Shown here in pieces: positions 17,498 through 20,000 of a stretch of DNA of 20,000 bases. The notes under the pieces are model-generated. The model had not been told where the DNA came from and searched no databases. It saw only the letters and a program-made list of their open reading frames with translations. This DNA comes from an uncultured virus (IMG/VR IMGVR_UViG_3300037537_001028) (Duplodnaviria; Heunggongvirae; Uroviricota; Caudoviricetes): the IMG/VR virus record IMGVR_UViG_3300037537_001028, one strand, 5' to 3'. Both the position numbers and the translations under genes were made by a program. Numbering within the stretch: the first letter of the stretch is position 1; each line of letters opens with the position of its first letter.

Positions 17498-18486
17498 GAA
17501 TAGCTGTTTGTTTAGCTGGCATGTTAGGCCAAGAAAGCGGAAAATGGGGCAGAGGTAAGCACGATGTAACCAAAGGCTCTGCGGCAGATGGTCTTACGGC
17601 CACACCCTTTAACACTATCGATCCCCAACTAGGACACCGACAATATGATCACCATATATTTAGTAAAAATGAGAACGTTGATACCTTCTTACATATTCGT
17701 GACTTAGACTACGAAGAACAGCTCCTAGACCTATACAAACCTAAAAAATATTTATCCGAGGAGTATAAAGACTTCGACACGGAGGAGTTCTGCAAAGGCG
17801 ATCAAAATGTTGAGCACCAGCGCGAATGCTCAAAAGCGCAGTGGAGTAGATTTTATTCTTTTTATAAAGCCGTAGAGCAAAAAAGGAAATACGAGGAAGA
17901 AAATAACTTTAAATATGATTGCGTTTTTATTAGTAGATATGACCTACTTGCGTTCGAGGACTTCGTTTTCTCTGACTATGACATGAGCTACTTTTATGCG
18001 CCATTTTCCACGTGGCAGATGAGGGTCTGCCCCGGCATTGTGTCGAATAGCATTAATGATCTCTGGTTTTTCTCTAGTTCAGATCAGATTGATGAGTTTT
18101 CTAAATTATTCTTGGATATAGGAAAATACGCCGGGGACAGTCATAATAATCATGTGTCCCCACATCTTACCGTAAGCAACAAACTAAGAGAAAGCAACTC
18201 TAAACTCAAATTTGTCTTAAACTGTACCGTGCATGACAACTGCGACGTGTCACACACTGCCTCCTTAAGGATGAGAGAGGCAAAATACTGGAACTATAAC
18301 GACGAGACGAAGCTATACAAACTCAAACAAGAGTATAAAGAGAAGTTAAATAAAAGTGAGCACGAAATTGACTGGAGTAAAAATTTCCAATCCCAGTGGC
18401 CTCTTTATAAAGGCATGACAACTGACGAATTCAAAGAGTATTTAGTAACAACTGGCTGGAATTACTCAGACGGTACTCCGGTTTGA
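17494..18486 (+). CDS. Putative glycosyltransferase (MKIALCxxG family), paralog B
   Basis: MRIAVCLAG, VDTFLH, LYKPK, YDCVFISRYDL and INDLWF; paralog of 15233..16093. Confidence 0.55.
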   Translation: MRIAVCLAGMLGQESGKWGRGKHDVTKGSAADGLTATPFNTIDPQLGHRQYDHHIFSKNENVDTFLHIRDLDYEEQLLDLYKPKKYLSEEYKDFDTEEFCKGDQNVEHQRECSKAQWSRFYSFYKAVEQKRKYEEENNFKYDCVFISRYDLLAFEDFVFSDYDMSYFYAPFSTWQMRVCPGIVSNSINDLWFFSSSDQIDEFSKLFLDIGKYAGDSHNNHVSPHLTVSNKLRESNSKLKFVLNCTVHDNCDVSHTASLRMREAKYWNYNDETKLYKLKQEYKEKLNKSEHEIDWSKNFQSQWPLYKGMTTDEFKEYLVTTGWNYSDGTPV

Positions 18487-18511
18487 CATTTTCTAAAGTT
18501 TATGCTATAGT
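18483..18511 (+). promoter_or_regulatory. Sigma70-type promoter with extended -10
   Basis: TTGACA (18483-18488, overlapping the upstream TGA stop), 17-nt spacer, TATAGT (18506-18511), with TG at 18503-18504. Confidence 0.8.
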
Positions 18512-18539
18512 TAACTAACTATGGACACAGGACTTTCAG

Positions 18540-18911
18540 TTGAAAAAGAAAAAAAAGATCAATAATATATACCAGTATCTTGTCTGGAAGTTCTGCAAAG
18601 ACCCAGAGAATGTAAACTGGCCCAAAGAAATTGTAATAGGCAAGTCTCTTATCAAAGACTTTGGCGAGCAAATATTTAAAGACTTAGATTTTAGCTCGTT
18701 AGAGATGGAGAGCTTAGCTCAGTTTCGCACTGAGAAATTTAAAAAATATTTATTAAAACAGCAGAAGCTCTCTAGCCTTGACTTCAGAAAAGAACATGCT
18801 ACAATAGACAAAGGAGTAAAAGCAGACAGAGTAGAGATAGAAAAGAAACCTAAAACACTTATTGATTTTTTAAGATATGGCAGCGAAAAAGAAGATAAAA
18901 CAATCGGATAA
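18540..18911 (+). CDS. Hypothetical basic protein (123 aa), start uncertain
   Basis: TTG start with AGGA 7 nt upstream. Fills the gap between the promoter and the recombinase gene, overlapping the latter by 35 nt. Confidence 0.65.
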   Translation: MKKKKKINNIYQYLVWKFCKDPENVNWPKEIVIGKSLIKDFGEQIFKDLDFSSLEMESLAQFRTEKFKKYLLKQQKLSSLDFRKEHATIDKGVKADRVEIEKKPKTLIDFLRYGSEKEDKTIG

Positions 18912-20000
18912 TATTTTAACAGCATCAGAGCAGTTATCATCATTCCTTAAAACACACAAGGAAGATCACTACAACTACGAAGAGGCTGTAGAATACAAGG
19001 TCTCAACAGGCTCCCTGACCCTAGACATAGAAACTGGAGGCGGGTTTGGGCCGGGGCTACATCGCTTTTGCGGTATAAACGAGGGAGGAAAGACATCCGA
19101 AGCCCTTGAGGTAGCGAAGCATTTCCTTAAAATGCCCAACTCTAGAGCGGTATATTTCAAATGCGAAGGGAGATTAACCCCCGAGATGAGAGAAAGATGT
19201 GGCGTAGACTTTGTAGATACAGCAGACCCAGAAAGCTGGAAAGATGGAACGTGTTTTATATATGAGAGCAACATTTACGAATCTGTCTTCGATATGGTTA
19301 AAATGTTGATTCAATTTAACGAAGAAGGCAAAAAATACATATTCATATTAGATTCCATTGACGGACTACAAACGAAAGGAGACAGCGAGAAAGCCCTTGG
19401 TGATGCAACGAAAGTTGCCGGGGGAGCGACTATTAGCTCCGTCTTTATGAAGAAGGTCGCAACAGCATTAACAAAGAGGGGCCATATGGCTATATTTATA
19501 AGTCAAGTGAGAGCCGACATACAAATTGACCCTTACTCAAAAAGTGTCATTAGGCAAACCTCGGCTACAGGAGGCAACGCCTTACTTCATTTTGCCAACT
19601 GGATTCTTGAGTTCGAAGCAAGATTCAAAAAGGATTATATTTTAGAAGACGACAAAAAGGCACCAGACAGGGTAACCAATAAAATCTTAGGGCAGTGGTC
19701 TAGACTTACTGTAAAGAAATCTCCTAATGAAAAAACAAACGTAGTAATAACCTACCCAATTAAAAGAGGGAGGATAGGAGGCACGAGCATTTGGAAGGAG
19801 CTTGAGATTGTCGATCTTTTACTCCAGTATGATTTTGTTACTAAAGCAGGAGCTTGGATTAGAGTCTCTCCTGAAATTGTAGAGGAGCTGGCAAGCAAAA
19901 AAATAGAGATACCAGAAAAGTTTCAAGGTAAAAACGGTTTGTTTAAATATTTAGAAGACAACCAAGAAGCTACAAATTATTTCTATAATAAATTCAAAGA
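18877..20000 (+). CDS. recA: RecA/UvsX-like recombinase (3' partial; absent from the ORF track)
   Basis: Manual translation from ATG 18877 is open to the window end: STGSLTLDIETGGG, Walker A GINEGGKT, Walker B FILDSIDGL, FISQVR, TGGNALLHFA and KAGAW. Confidence 0.92.
   Translation, partial: MAAKKKIKQSDNILTASEQLSSFLKTHKEDHYNYEEAVEYKVSTGSLTLDIETGGGFGPGLHRFCGINEGGKTSEALEVAKHFLKMPNSRAVYFKCEGRLTPEMRERCGVDFVDTADPESWKDGTCFIYESNIYESVFDMVKMLIQFNEEGKKYIFILDSIDGLQTKGDSEKALGDATKVAGGATISSVFMKKVATALTKRGHMAIFISQVRADIQIDPYSKSVIRQTSATGGNALLHFANWILEFEARFKKDYILEDDKKAPDRVTNKILGQWSRLTVKKSPNEKTNVVITYPIKRGRIGGTSIWKELEIVDLLLQYDFVTKAGAWIRVSPEIVEELASKKIEIPEKFQGKNGLFKYLEDNQEATNYFYNKFK

Noticed and set aside
736..19274. 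Other short minus-strand ORFs and the nested + ORF 9604..9804
   Set aside because: All overlap well-supported plus-strand genes and show no recognisable motifs.
1..20000. tRNA, rRNA, IS elements, integrase, introns/inteins
   Set aside because: None were recognised. Intergenic space is minimal and the ORFs are uninterrupted.

Overview
AT-rich, densely packed window with all credible genes on the + strand. It most likely comes from a large (jumbo-type) bacteriophage. That is an inference from the divergent UvsX/RecA-like recombinase, the small unknown genes, the overlapping reading frames and the weak Shine-Dalgarno use; no structural genes are visible. The left part holds a partial GT4-like glycosyltransferase, an FmdB-like small protein, a hypothetical protein, a lipoprotein with a C-terminal TM helix (u-spanin-like topology) and an unusual Ala-rich 105-aa protein. 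The core is a ~15.3-kb run of 17 coupled genes (3147-18486) behind a perfect-consensus sigma70 promoter that is overlaid by a 29-bp palindrome. It encodes a nonulosonic-acid/ketose glycosylation toolkit: two NeuB synthases (one fused to a lyxose-isomerase-like cupin), NeuA, three Maf/GT42-like transferases, three PhyH-like Fe(II)/2OG dioxygenases and a HIT protein. It also encodes a methyltransferase, a nucleotidyltransferase-kinase fusion, a GatZ/KbaZ-like protein, a HAD phosphatase, Gmd and two further putative transferases. A second sigma70 promoter at 18483 precedes a hypothetical gene and the partial RecA/UvsX-like gene. All family calls are motif recognition by eye; no searches were run.
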